Source: Blastocladiella emersonii ATCC 22665
Lineage: Eukaryota; Fungi; Blastocladiomycota
DNA length: 64,000 nucleotides
Direction: 5' to 3'
Assembly (NCBI GenBank): GCA_025594325.1
Contig: JANHCV010000010.1
Location: 620,001 to 684,000, forward strand
The translations under genes and the position numbers were made by a program. The notes below the pieces were generated by a model. The model was given only the letters and a program-made list of their open reading frames with translations, did not search any database and had not been told where the DNA came from. This document shows, piece after piece, positions 1 to 12,539 of this stretch; position 1 is the stretch's first letter; every line of letters begins with the position of its first letter.

Positions 1-1797
1 CGGTGGCGCGGGCGCGGGCGGCGCGTTCGGGTCGGCCAGGCACATGATGGGGAACACGCCCTGGCGCCCATCCCACGCCTCGCCCCACGCGTACCCGTCG
101 CCGTACTCCTCGAACACGGCCACGGCGTCGCCGACGTGCACCTCGAGCTCGTCGTCGAGCCGCGGAATGTACGACAGCACCACCTGGCGCGGCCGCGGCC
201 GCCCGTCGCGCGGCGCCATGGACGGCGGACGCGTGCTCGCGCGCTTCGCGACTGCGTTCCACGCCACCGACTCGGGACGCGCACCGGGGCCGCCGGCGGG
301 CGGCATCGGCGCCATGGCGTACGAATCCGGGTGACCGTGGTACCCCTTCTCGTTGCCGTACGCGTCGTACCCGTTGCCCGATGGCGGCGGGCCCCACGCG
401 GGCGGCGGCGGCGACGGGCCGCCGGGCCCCGACGGCGGGGACATGTGCGGCGACGACGACTGCATCTGCATGGGCGGCTGCTGCTGCTGGACCTGGCCGC
501 GGGCGAGCGAGTAGTAGTTGTTGCCGAACTCGTCGGCGGGCGACCGCGGGCCGCCCATGTCGCGCGGCGACCCGTTCGGCAGCGACTGCAGCGTGAGGTG
601 CGGCGACGCCTTCTCGGGCAGGTTGCGCGGGCCCGACGCCGCGGACCCCATGCCGCGGTCGCCGGCGGCCTCGGGGTGGTCGCGCGGCATGGACCCGTTG
701 GCGACAAACGCCTTGGACTTGCGGCGCGACCCGCGGCGCATCACGACCAGGCCGCCGATCACGGCCACGACCGCGAGCACGCCGCCGCCGCCGAACAGCC
801 AGAACTTGCCCGGCACGCCCGCGAGCTTGCGGTCCATGAACCCCTGGCTCGCGTTCGCCGACGCCGAGTCGACGCCGCCCGACGGCGAGGCCGAGGGAGC
901 CGCCGCGCTGCCCGATGGCGAGCCCGATGGCGAGCCCGTCGCGGTGCTCGGGTCGCGGCTGCCGTCCGAGTTGCCGGTGGTTGAGGAAACCGAGGCGCCC
1001 GTGAGGAACTCGACGACGGGTACGGTCGGGTTCTTGGCGAGCTCGGCCTTGCACACGGCGGCGGCGGCGCCGTTCTGCGACGCAATAAACGAGGGCTCCG
1101 AGCACGAGTGCGCGCACGCCTGGGTGAGCGTCGGGAACCCGCAACTGGCGGCGCCCTCGATGGCCTCGCCCGTCATGCAGTTGTTGGGCTTGGCGGCCAT
1201 GAGCAGCTTGGACGCGTTCCGGGCGGCATTCATCCTGGTTTTGGAGAAGGTGACGTTGAAGCACTTGTTGGCGGCGTGCGAGATGGCCTGGTCGAAGGTG
1301 GCCCAAAACTCGTTCTGCTCCTTGGGGCACAGGACGCGCTCCTGCGCCTTGACGTTGCAGCTGGCCGCGCCGTGGAGCGCAATGGCGCTGCACGTCATGG
1401 CCTTGTACCAGCGGCCCGTCAGGGCGACCGGCGTGCAGTTGAAGAGGCGCGACGAGAAGGCGCTGAACCCGGTGACGGAGAAGGCGTGGTCGATGAGCGC
1501 CTTGAAGTCGGCCGACGATGCGATCGTGGACCGCACGTTCGCCAGGCTGGACATGGCCACGCCGATGGGCACGTACTGGCCCAGGAACTCGGACACGTTA
1601 CGGGCTACGACGAGCTTGGACCCCATGCTCGAGCACAGCGTGCCCGCCGTGTCGACCTGGACGCACTGCGGCTCGACGGCCTGCTGCGCCGCGGCGGGCG
1701 AGGGCGCGGCCGCGAGCAGGAGCGAGGCGACGAGCGCGGCGACGAGGACCGCCAGCAGCCGTGGCCGGCGGCCGCGATTGGACGAGGATGCGGACAT
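1..1797 (-). CDS. Signal peptide + Cys-rich ectodomain + single TM helix + C-terminal SH3 domain protein (3' end runs off the window)
   Basis: Hand translation of the minus strand from ATG at 1797, open to base 1: MSASSSNRGRRPRLLAVLVAALVASLLLAAAPSPAAAQ (signal), Cys-rich region, FWLFGGGGVLAVVAVIGGLVVMRRGSRRK (TM plus basic stop-transfer), YIPRLDDELEVHVGDAVAVFEEYGDGYAWGEAWDGRQGVFPIMCL (SH3 consensus). Missing from the ORF track because no stop lies in the window. Confidence 0.85.
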   Translation of the reverse strand, partial: MSASSSNRGRRPRLLAVLVAALVASLLLAAAPSPAAAQQAVEPQCVQVDTAGTLCSSMGSKLVVARNVSEFLGQYVPIGVAMSSLANVRSTIASSADFKALIDHAFSVTGFSAFSSRLFNCTPVALTGRWYKAMTCSAIALHGAASCNVKAQERVLCPKEQNEFWATFDQAISHAANKCFNVTFSKTRMNAARNASKLLMAAKPNNCMTGEAIEGAASCGFPTLTQACAHSCSEPSFIASQNGAAAAVCKAELAKNPTVPVVEFLTGASVSSTTGNSDGSRDPSTATGSPSGSPSGSAAAPSASPSGGVDSASANASQGFMDRKLAGVPGKFWLFGGGGVLAVVAVIGGLVVMRRGSRRKSKAFVANGSMPRDHPEAAGDRGMGSAASGPRNLPEKASPHLTLQSLPNGSPRDMGGPRSPADEFGNNYYSLARGQVQQQQPPMQMQSSSPHMSPPSGPGGPSPPPPAWGPPPSGNGYDAYGNEKGYHGHPDSYAMAPMPPAGGPGARPESVAWNAVAKRASTRPPSMAPRDGRPRPRQVVLSYIPRLDDELEVHVGDAVAVFEEYGDGYAWGEAWDGRQGVFPIMCLADPNAPPAPAPP

Positions 1798-2929
1798 GTA
1801 CAGGGAGAGGGAGGGGAGGATGAGCGACTACATGAGGGGCTCATGGGTCAGCCACACACCTCACTTGGTGCTCAACTGACGGAGCGAGCGTACCTTGCAA
1901 GTCGCGAGAGGAAGGGAGGGCAGGGATGCGACCAGCGCGTGTGCAGGGAGGGCAGAAGGTGCACGGGCGGGGCGAAGCGTGTAGTGTAGAGCGTCGTGTA
2001 GTCGTTTGGGGAGGAGGAAGGTGGCTTCTAACCGTCTCGTCGATGCGGCTGCGGCCAAGTCGGTGGCGCCGACGTCGTCGTGCGTGCGAGCGAGCGGCGG
2101 CGGTCTAAACCGAGCGGGCGAAGGAGGGCGGGGAGGTCGGGGGAGCGGGCGAGCAATGAAGTGGCGGCAAAGGGGCGAGAGAGGCGGCGGCGGCGGCGGC
2201 GGCGGCGGCGCGGCGTGGGCGGGAATGCGGGACGAGCAGCGAAGGAGAGGGCAAGGCGAAACTGTCAGCCACCATCGTCGACGAAGAGCAGCACGGGCGG
2301 GACGCCACGGTGGCGGGCGAGGCGTAGCGCGAGGGCGAGGTCGCTGGTGAGGATCTGCCGCTGCGGCGAGCGGGTGCGGCACCAGACTCGTCGTCCGCGT
2401 CGACGCAGCAGCAGCAGCGGTCGCTCAGTGGCGCAGTCCTGGACGCGACCCGCCAGCGACCTCGCCGTTTGGGCGAAGCGGGAGGCGCGCACCTGGAGTC
2501 GGCGGTGCGGCAAGCAGGCGCGGTCGTCACGGCGTCGTGTAGGTGTGGGTGCAAAGAGAGCGAGCCCACCGGCGCTCACGGCCGACGAAGGCCAGCGGGG
2601 CCACGCAGGCGATGGCCGTCGGCGGCGGCGGCGGCGCCCGCTGCCTCATGAGCGCGCGCGCCCTCAGCCTCGCCGAACGCTGATTGGCCGCACCCCATCG
2701 GTCCCATTGCGCCCATTGCCATAAAGTGATCGGCGCCCATCACCCAATACGTCACGTGCGCTTCAGCCAATCATCCGCCGGCAGACCAGCCGCCCCGCAC
2801 GACCTCCACCGCCGTTGCAGCGAGGCCACGCCGACCCATCCCGCCCGACTACAAGGCCGCCGCACCCCCCGCAGTCGACTTGCTCTCCCTCGTCCCTTGA
2901 ACCTTCACGTTCATCACGTATCCAACACC

Positions 2930-3580
2930 ATGAGCAAGGTTTCCACCGCCGCTTGCCGCGAGGCCGTCAAGGCCGTCATGACCGGCGCCGAGGAGAAGCA
3001 GCGCAAGTTCACGCAGACGGTCGAGCTGCAGATTGGCCTCAAGAACTACGACCCCCAGCGCGACAAGCGTTTCTCGGGCGTCGTCAAGCTCCCCAACATC
3101 CCCCGCCCGAAGATGAAGGTCTGCGTGCTCGGTGACGCGTTCCACTGCGACGCGGCCAAGAAGGTTGGCCTCGAGTTCATGTCGGTCGAGGACCTCAAGA
3201 AGCTCAACAAGAACAAGAAGCTCATCAAGAAGCTCGCCAAGAAGTACGACGCCTTCCTCGCCTCGGAGGTGCTCATCAAGCAGATCCCGCGTCTTCTCGG
3301 CCCCGGCCTCCACAAGGCCGGCAAGTTCCCGACCCCGATCTCGCACCAGGACGACATCACGGTCAAGGCCGACGAGCTCCGCTCGACCATCAAGTTCCAG
3401 CTCAAGAAGGTGCTCTGCCTCGGCGTCGCCGTCGGCCACGTCGCCATGACCGAGGACCAGCTCGTTGCCAACATCATGCTGTCGGTGAACTTCCTTGTGT
3501 CGCTGCTCAAGAAGAACTGGCAGAACGTCAAGTCGCTCTTCATCAAGTCGACCATGGGCAAGCCCGTCCGTCTCTACTAA
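2930..3580 (+). CDS. RPL1: 60S ribosomal protein uL1 (L1/L10a), intronless
   Basis: MSKVS...[31 protein letters not shown]...[17 protein letters not shown]...[21 protein letters not shown]; 216 aa; strong codon bias. Confidence 0.98.
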   Translation: MSKVSTAACREAVKAVMTGAEEKQRKFTQTVELQIGLKNYDPQRDKRFSGVVKLPNIPRPKMKVCVLGDAFHCDAAKKVGLEFMSVEDLKKLNKNKKLIKKLAKKYDAFLASEVLIKQIPRLLGPGLHKAGKFPTPISHQDDITVKADELRSTIKFQLKKVLCLGVAVGHVAMTEDQLVANIMLSVNFLVSLLKKNWQNVKSLFIKSTMGKPVRLY

Positions 3581-4347
3581 GCGGTTCGCTCGCTCGCGGC
3601 CTCGCGCTGCGAACGGGTGTGGATTTCTTTCTTCTCCGTTTGGATACTTGGGACGCTACACCAATGTCGCCTCGCTCCTCTCCTTCCCCTCTTGCCTTCG
3701 CCACGGTCTCCCTCGCTTGACGAGGGGCACGGTCGTGTGCGTCGGTGAGCTCGGGGTCGGCGAGTGGCGGGCGCGATCATTGGAAGCCATCTCTGCGTGG
3801 TGCACCTTGACGGGAATAATGCAACTCCATTCTCTTCTTGATGTACCGCCCAGTGCTTGGCGCCCAACGGCCTCCTCCCACTCCCCTCCCCCGCTCCTGC
3901 TTACCCTCGCGTCCCGCTGCCCGATCGTCACGCGGGTCGCGCTAGTGTGTGGAGGGGGCCGTTGCGCGCCATCGTCAGGTCTATAAGTGAGGTTCTTGAG
4001 AGGGTCAACCGAGAGTCAGGTTCTCGTCCGCTGCCGTGACAGCGTAAGTTGCTACTCGTTATGTGTGTTCGTTCGCTCGCCTGACCGAGCTACTTGGTCG
4101 TGTCGTCCTGACCTCACCGCGACTCGAGCCAAGGAAGGCACTCGAATCCTCGTTGACGCGTGGTCGACCAAAGCTTCATGAATTCGTGAGCAAGGAGATC
4201 CTGAGTGACGCTTCATGACCTTGGCGAGCTAAGAAGTCGTGGGTGGGGAGTGGCCAGCGAGGACAAGCGAGCAGCGGTGCCGCAAGGGCTTGCGCCTCAA
4301 TGCTCCCTTCACCACTTGGCGTGTGTCCCGATCATGAAAGAACTACC

Positions 4348-6510
4348 ATGAAGCCCATGCAACATGATCTGCATCTGATGAATCAGGCGCTCGAACTGCC
4401 ATTCAAGCTGTTCGAGCAAGTCGTTGCGTTCAGTCTCCCGCGGGTGGCCGTGGCCGCGGCGTCTTCGGTCGCACGTGACGCTGCCGTTGGGCCGAACTGC
4501 AGATGCCGCCGGTGTGGTACCTCAAGCTGCGCTTCCCGGGTGCCCTGCGCAACAACACGCCCGGGCTTCGGGGCGGCGACGATCCCGCCGCCGTTGCTGC
4601 TCGCACTGGGCACCCGTTCTCTCCGTCGGTGGCGGCTTACTTCTACCGCAAGAACCAGTTCGTTCCCGATTCGATCGTTGACGCAATCGCGCCGTTTATG
4701 GACCTCCCCATGGGCACCGACCTGCTGCACGGCTCGTTTGCCTTTCGCGCCGTACCCGAGGGCCTGTCGCTGATTCACTTTTTCCTGCACGTCGGCGGCC
4801 TCGACGCCATGTTAGTGTGCCTCAACCACTTGCTCACAATATTCCCGGCCTCGCTGCGCACCGACTGGGCCAAGATCACGACGTGGTCCCGCTTCTGGCT
4901 CAGCGAGCGCTCCATCACCCGCAAAAACATCTCGCTCATGGACGAGGACGACCCGTCCGTTGATACCTCGTACCCGGTCACGTTCCCGATGGCACTTGCA
5001 CTCGCCGCCATGACCGTGTGGAACCGCGCCGCCATCGAGCGCCTGCTTGACGGCGATTATGGCGAGGCCGCACCGAGCTTTTTGCGTGGTTCTCACGCGA
5101 AGAAACTTCCAACGTGTTCCTGTGCACGCTGTATCAGCGCTACCGCGCCGCCAAAATCGTGCCGCCGATCCTCGACTGGTTAGTGGGTGAAGGCTGGGTG
5201 CGCGGCCGCGAGCGGCACGCGTCCATGTCGTACTACGCGTGGGATCACGCGGACTACGCGCTTTTCAAGGTGCTTTTCGAGCGCTACGATCTGCCTCTGC
5301 TTGACGAAATGGATGCCGAGACGCGTTTTGACATTGGCGCGGGTCTTGCTCCGTTCCTTGACGAGGGTCACCACGACCAGATCCCGCGCTTCGCCGAGCT
5401 CGGCCTGATCAACAACGACTCGTGGACGCGGATCCTTGCGAGCGCGCTTGACACGCCCAAGGTGCTCGAGCCCGTACTTGGCTACTTGGAAAAATATGTT
5501 GATTGCAGCGATCTCCTCGAGGTACTCAGCAACGGTACGCGATTGAGTCTGAGGTCGGGATTATGCATTGACACTCTTGCGACTAGTACGCGCGTCCCAT
5601 TCCAGCGCGTGGGCACCACTAAGGCGCGACAAGTTACTCGCTCTCTTTGGCACATGCCGCGTCTTTGGTTTTACGCCCGCGCAGATCATTGACCCATACC
5701 TTGACTACTACGCGAGCATCACGGAGCTCTTTTGGCTTCTTCTTTTGCCCGTTGAGACGGGAATTGACCCTCGTTACGTGTTTGAGCGCGTTCTGAACAC
5801 GCTTGCCAAGTGTGAGCCGAGCCACTCGTGCGCAATCAGTTGGGCGGGACCGTTCCTGACTCAATGCTTTGCGCAGACAGTTGACTTGAACCCGCCGATC
5901 CCGCTCACAGTACTACTTGAGTGCGTTAATGGAACCAACGCTGAAGTTCAGACAATGATCATTGCCTACTTCACGGAGTATATCATTGAACTTCTCAAGG
6001 TTGGCTCCACGAATGACAAGGACAAGGACGATGAGGACGAGGACGGCAGTGATAGCAGCACGAATAGTGGTGGCAGCACTGGCATTGAGACAGAAGGCTA
6101 CGACCTGTCGGTTCTTGCTCTCTTTGACGTACTTGCCCAAGTCATGAAGCGGTACCCTCATGGATTCAACAGCTCCAACAACGAGGTGACCACGTTCCTC
6201 TGCAGCACGCTTCGCGCGCACTACGATGTGGAGGCCCTCGCCAAGACAGACCCCGAGCTTGTGACCGCTGCGTCCAATTCGCACCGCGCCGCCAAACTGC
6301 TGGACATGCGCTTGTTCATCAAGCTCGCCGAATAGGATGCCAAGTTCATGGCGCGCCTCATGGACACGCACAGGCTTGACATTCCCTGGGTCCTCAAACT
6401 GCTGTGCAAGATGGTCCTTTGTCCATCAGATCTCGCCGCGGCCTCGTCTTGCACGTTGGCCGAGGCGATGGTCGAGGTCTTTGATGTGTTTGGAATCGAG
6501 GCATTGTAAA
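4348..6510 (+). pseudogene. Pseudogenised copy of the F-box-like family gene (paralog of 7155-9564 and 23687-26096)
   Basis: Colinear with the intact paralog (MKPMQH...LPFKLFEQVV; LKLRFPGALRNNTPG; DIPWVLKLL; DVFGIEAL*). Has a ~150-nt deletion with frameshift near 4490, further frameshifts near 5070 and 5600, TAG replacing Tyr at ~6333, and the same AACG|GTACGC intron position (~5536). Confidence 0.85.
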
Positions 6511-7154
6511 AGAATACAGGTAATATTTGCAGAAATCGGGCGCAGCCAAGTCGAATTGAGGGCAGCGACCATGACCACCGCGTCATGGCCGTGGCCACGG
6601 CCGCAGTCAACTTGATGGCCACAACCATGGCCATGGCCATGGCCACGTGCGAGCCAAGCTGCAACGCGACGGAGAAAGCTACTGAAGCAACCTCTACGGT
6701 CAAATTTGCGTCATGGCCGAGTCAGCGAGTCTTCAATCGGTCGGCTGTCTACCGGTCGAATCCAAAATGCTCAACATTAGAGGCGTTTGCTAGTGGTATT
6801 GCGCGCTCACGACCGTGATCCGGCTGTGCAGCAGGGCATGCGCCAATATATCTCGACAAATTTGAGCGATACTGCGAGTACATGATTACTGCGGGACTGA
6901 ACGATAGGAGCCAGATCACACGCACACGCACGAACTGAGAAGGAAGACGCGCGATCACATGATTTTTGAACGCGAGACGCGACTGCGGTCCCTCGTGTCT
7001 GGCGGGGCAGACGCCTGCAATGTACCAGTTCAACGGCTTCGGGCACTCGGTCGGTATGCCAGTGGCGCAACGCGGCTCGGACTCCTCGCTCGCTCGCGAC
7101 GGAGAGAAAACATCGCAATGGTGATCAGCTAATACATTTGTTACACGACCTAGT

Positions 7155-9564
7155 TCACACGAACTTGATCCCAAACACGTCCAGCACCTTTTCCTGCGCC
7201 TCGTGCAGCTTCTTGGCCTTGACCATGTACGCGAGGCTGCTCTTGAACTTGTCGGACGGCGGCGCGAGGTGCATGACGCGGCACGCGTGGTCGTACTGGC
7301 CGTCGAGGATCGCGCGCCGGATCATGGACTCGGCCGTGGCGCGGGGCAGCGCGACGTTGAGGTCGGACGGGTGCGAGACCATCTCGAACAGCAGCTCGAG
7401 CACCCACGGGATGTCGAAGCCGCGCACGTCCTTGACGAACTGGGCCATGAAGGTGATGTCGTACTCGACGAGCGAGTCGAAGAGGCGGCGGTTGAGGGGG
7501 TCGGTCGAGGGATCCACAAGGGCGGCACCGTCCATGGCGGCGAGCGCGTCGCGGGAAAAGTGCTCACGAAGCGCACCACGGAGCGACGCGGTCACCTCGC
7601 TGTCGTACCGCCCAAAGCCGTGCGGGTACCGCGCCGTGAGCTGGTCGAGAACGTTGAAGAGGGCCGAGGCCGGCTGCGCGTCGTCGTCATCACTGCCGTC
7701 CAACTCCACCTCGTCGTCGTCATCGTCACTGCGATCCGAATCAAGGAGGTCGATGATCTGCTCGACGAGCAGCGCAATGACGACGGTCTGAACCTCGCAG
7801 CGAGTCCCGTTGAAGCAGTCGAGGCAGTCCAGAAACGCGTCAAGCGGGATCGGCGGCTCCGGACGGCAAGTCCGCGCGAGCACCTCGGTCAGGAACGGGG
7901 TCGCCTTCTTGTTGGCACCCTCGTAGTTGGGCTCGAAGGTGGCGAGCGAGTCAAGGACGCGTTCGAGCACGTCGCGCGGCTCGACGCCCGTGTGGTCGGC
8001 CGAGAGCAGCAGCGGGACGAGACCCGGCAAGCTCGCGTAGTAGTCGAGATGCGACTCAAGGATCTGCGCGGGCGCGAAGCCGAGGGCGCCGCACACGTTG
8101 ATGAGAGCGAGGAATGAGTCCGGGGTCAAGGTCGCGGGCCACGAGCTGTCCTCGGGCACGCAAGCTAGATTGGTGGGTGACGGTTCAGCAGAAGGCCGCA
8201 ACACGGTTCAAACGGAAGAGAAGCGTACCGTTGCTGAGCATGTCGCGGAGGTCGCTGCGGTCAACATAGGTCTCGAGGTAGCCAAGCACGGGCTCGAGCA
8301 CCTTGGGCGTCTCGAGAGCGTTCGTCAGGATGCCGGTCCACGCCTCGTTGGTGATGATGCCGAGCTCGGCGAAGCGCGGGATCTGGTCGTGGTGACCCTC
8401 GTCAAGGAACGGAGCAAGACCCGCGCCAACGTCAAAACGCGTCTCGGCATCCATTTCGTCAAGCAGAGGCAGATCGTAGCGCTCGAAAAGCACCTTGAAA
8501 AGCGCGTAGTCCGCGTGATCCCACGCGTAGTACGACATGGACGCGTGCCGCTCGCGGTCGCGGACCCAGCCTTCACCCACTAACCAGTCGAGGATCGGCG
8601 GGATGGTCTCGGCGGCGCGGTGCCGCTCGTGCAGCGTGCACAGGAACACGTTGGTCGTCTCGCGGCGCGAGAACCACGCAAACAGCTCGGTGCGGTCAAT
8701 CCCAAAGTCGCCGTCGAGGAGACGCTCGACCGCTTTGCGGTTCCACACGGTCATGGCGGCGAGAGCGAGCGCCATGGGGAACGTGACCGGGTACGAGATA
8801 TCGACGGGCGGGTCGTCGTGGTCGTCCTCGTCCATGAGGCACAGGTTCTCGCGCGTGATGGAGCGCTCGCTGAGCCAGAAGCGGGACCACGTCGTGATCT
8901 TGGCGCGGTCGGTGCGCAGCGAGGCCGGGAACAATGTGAGCAAGTGGTCAAGGCACGCGAACATGGCGTCGAGGTCACCGACATGCAGGAAAAAGTGAAT
9001 CAGCGACAGGCCCTCGGGTACGGCGCGAAAGGCAAATGAGCCGTGCAGCAGGTCGGTGCCCATGGGAAGATCGCAAAAGGGCGCGATCGCCTCGATCAAA
9101 GACTCGGACAGGGACGCAGTGCGGCGGTAAAAGTAGGCCGCCACCGACGGAGAGAACGGGTGCCCGGTGCGAGCAGCGACCACGGCGGAATCGTCGCCGC
9201 CCCGAAGCCCGGGCGTGTCGTTGCGCAGTGCGCCGGAGAAGCGCAGCTTGAGGAACCACACGAGCGGCATCTGCAGGTGCCGCGCGAGCTCGTACCACTT
9301 GTCGAGGTCGCGGCCAAACGAGAAGTAGCCGGCGTCGTAGTCCTCGCCGTTGCCCGCCTCGTAGTCGGCGAGCATCGTCGCGGCGACCCGGCGGGCGACC
9401 CACGGGCGCAGTGCGTGAGGACCGGTCGCGGCGTCGCGCGCTGCTGCTGACGCCGCGGCCACGGCCGCCCGCGGGAGCGCGAGCGCGACGACGTGCTCGA
9501 ACAGGTCGAACGGCAGCTCGAGCGGCGCGTCCGTCGCATGCGGATGGTCTTGCATGTGCTTCAT
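7155..9564 (-). CDS. Lineage-specific ~780-aa protein with an N-terminal F-box-like motif (LPFDLFEHVV); intron 8165-8228
   Basis: ORFs 8185-9603 and 7155-8204 join in frame across a 64-nt GTACGC...AATCTAG intron. Start inferred from paralogous MKHMQ/MKPMQ/MEHME N-termini. The F-box assignment is by motif resemblance only. Confidence 0.75.
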
Positions 9565-11399
9565 GGTTTCGTATTCGTCGAAAGAGGTCCCTGCGAGGGC
9601 CATACTGGAGAGAGGGAGAGCGTGAGCTGCGGGAGGTGCCTGCTGGAGGAGCTCTCGAGTTCGGGCCTCCCTGCGCCGCCGCCTTGACCGCAGAACAGGG
9701 CGCTCGCCGCATCTGCGTCACACAACGCTCACTTGTGTGCGTCGTCGCAAGCGAGTCACTTGCTGGAAGTGCCGGATGAGAGGGAGAACGCCACGCTAAG
9801 CGGTCGCGACTGAGGTGAGCGCACGACCGAGGAGAGCGCGCGCGCGGCGGCACGGTCGGGCGCCGCAACGGGGGCGCGGCCCCAGCAACGAGCGATCGGC
9901 CTTCATGGCGACGCGAGCACAAGTTGGTCAAAGTCGTGACAAGCCCTCGGCGCTCTGCTAGTGCAGGATCAGGCCGATCGGGCCGCTCCAGGGCTGTCGC
10001 CGAAGTCGGAGATGCTCGACGCGCGACCCCGCGGACGTGTGGCGAGTCGACCAATCAAGGAGGGTGTGGAAGGAGGGCGAGGCGGCACCCACGAGCGAGG
10101 TGCGTTCTCATGGGCCGAAGCGCGAGGAGCGCACGGAGCGCGCCCCAAAGGAGACGAGTGCGTGGTGGGAACGCGCCGCCCGAACAACGGTCCAAGCAAC
10201 GCAAGGCCGAAGCGCTAGGCCGAGCGGTAGCAGCGTTTTCGGACGGCGGCAGCGCTCGTCCGTCCGACCGTTTGTCCTCTTGAGGATACCCGACACGAGA
10301 CGACATGGAGCAAAATGTAAGGGCCAGCCTGCCGGACGCGCGTGCTACGCGTCGCTGGTGACCTCGGTGAACGCGCTGCAAGAACGGAGCAGCAGATGGA
10401 GGATGGGCGGATGGATCGCGTTGGCCGGCGTGAAGAAGCAACGTTGTTGGGCGGGTGCCCGGCCACGCAGAGTCGGGTGTGAAGGCCGACCCGCCGCTTA
10501 CGTGCGGTCCGGACGGGGTCAGCCGTGCCCAAGATCGCGTCGCACCGCGGATCGAGCTCTTGGGGCCGTGCGACGGGGGCACTCGAGAGTAGCAAAGGCC
10601 AGCCCCGTGCACGGTCAACGTCCGAGGCCGGCGTGGAAGGCCCGGCGGACTGGCCGTGGGTCGGAGAGGACCGGTGCACGAAGTTGGGCACTCGGAGCGC
10701 ATACATATCTGCTTCATGCGACGCGGTTTCGGCCTCGCGAGGAGCGTAGACGTCATGGGAGACATTGGCCATGCCAGCGCAAGCGGTCAGGCAAGCTTGA
10801 GGGGTGCAACGCATCACGTTCGGTGGGAGCAGGGTGAGCGCGCCAACGGCCGTCCCTGCCGGAACGCTTGGATCGAGGGCCGGCCGGCCCAGCACGCCAT
10901 CGCGGGCGTGGCACCAACAGTCCAGAGGGTCACGAGCGGTCATGCGCAACAGTTTTTGTCTCTAAGGGCGCGTATCAAAAAGGAGCGGAGGGAGACGCGG
11001 TGGCGCAACACGTCGGATCGCGAGGGTGGCGCGCCGACGGAAGGTGGACCGCGACGCGTCGGCCTTCGCTCTCGCCCTCGCTCTCCTGATTATCGTGCAT
11101 CGCCAACCCGCCTCATCGATTCCTGATCTCCAACTGGCCGTAACCTCGTCCTAGCCTACCGCTGAGCCACCGTCGGGACCGGGAACGCGTCCGTGCACTC
11201 GTAGGTACGAGGTCGGGCCGGATCGAGTAACCACCCGCGCACTGACGGAACACGGCCGCGATCCGGATCATGTATGGCTGCACTACTCGAGCTTCGCCGC
11301 GCTCGCGTCCCGCGTCCAGCGGTACGCAAAGACCAAGGAACTCGTCGTGGTCGGCAAGAACAAGATCAAGGAGTATTGGCGCGGTACTCGGGTCGGCGC

Positions 11400-11995
11400 T
11401 GTATGTACTCGGTCAACTCAGCTCAACTCGATCAACTCAGCTCAGCTCAACTCGGTCGTCAACTCGGCCAAGGTCCAGGTCAAGGCGCACACGCGCGCGC
11501 GTCGGTCGGGTCGTCGGGTCGCGGGTCGTCGCGTCGCGGGTCGTCGGGTCGCAGGCCGCCGCAAGTCGCAGGCCGCCGCAGGTCGAGTCGCCATGGAACG
11601 TGTGCGCTCTCTCGCCTCGCTGCAGCAGCAGCAGGTCTTCTCCTTCTTCGAGCTCGACGAGTGGTGCTGACCCGAAAACCTCCTCCCTACCCTACCCTAC
11701 CCTACCCTGCCCCCGCGCCCGACGACGTGTACGCTCCCTCGCACTACAGCCTGCTCCGCCTGCTACGGCACTCGGATCCTCGACGTGTTCCTCGACTCCC
11801 CAACGTGTTTCTCGCTCGGCTCGGCACGATCCTCGACGACGTGCTTCTCGCTCGACACGCTCGACTCAACACGACACGACACGACACGCTCGCGCGCGCT
11901 TCAGCTTCAGCTTCAGCTTCAGCTTCAGCTTCATCATCGACCCGACCTCGACCGCTCCTTCCTCCTTTCTCCTTTCTCCTTCCTCCTTCCTCATC
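11400..11995. repeat. Patchwork of different short tandem repeats: (AACTC/AGCTC)n, (GGTCGTCGC)n, (CCTAC)n, (ACACG)n, (CTTCAG)n; mirrored at ~21256-21851
   Basis: Visible directly in the sequence. Confidence 0.85.
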
Positions 11996-12539
11996 GGCAA
12001 CCTCATCCACGGGTACGCGTCGTGCGTGCGCCGCGGCGCGCGCGTCAGTCACCTCGCGTCGTGCTCCGCGCAGTGTGCTCACCACCCTCACCTCGCCTAG
12101 TCCATCGGGTGGCTCGACTTCGCTTCGCTTCTGCCGCGCCGCGTGTTTTGCCGCGCGTCCGCAGCTCTTTCACTTCCACCCCCTACTTCCCGCTGTCCCT
12201 CGACTAATCCTGCCGCCTTACTTCATGCAATGGGTCCTGGGTGTCGTATGGATGCTCTTTCCAAGTTGCACAAGCTCAAGGCCTCATTTTCCTTCCTCTC
12301 GCATTTTAGGGACGGCAGCTGTTGCTCCGCCGGACTGCTTGCGGACTGACTTTCTTTCTTTCTCTCGGTTTTAGCCGCCATTCCTGACATATCACTTTCG
12401 CGTTTGAGTCAGGCTGATACCCTGGCATGCGCAGCCTTTTGTGCACACTTGCTGGCGTCCCATTGTTGAGACGTGTGAATATATCGCGGTGGCCACAACT
12501 CATCGAGAGTAGCGGTCAGAACGATAGAGAAGGACGCTT

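Noticed and set aside
518-1879. 453-aa plus-strand ORF
   Set aside because: Antisense shadow of the TM-SH3 gene; codon pattern and motifs support the minus strand.
6560-6660. (ATGGCC)n-rich stretch
   Set aside because: Short low-complexity tract downstream of a pseudogene with no supporting structure.
9600-11100. Multiple 200-360-aa ORFs in the repeat arm (and their mirrors)
   Set aside because: Arg/Pro/Ala-rich, no codon bias or motifs; consistent with GC-rich non-coding DNA.
11400-11995. CRISPR-like or telomeric array
   Set aside because: Units are 5-9-nt microsatellites without spacers, eukaryotic context, not TTAGGG-like.
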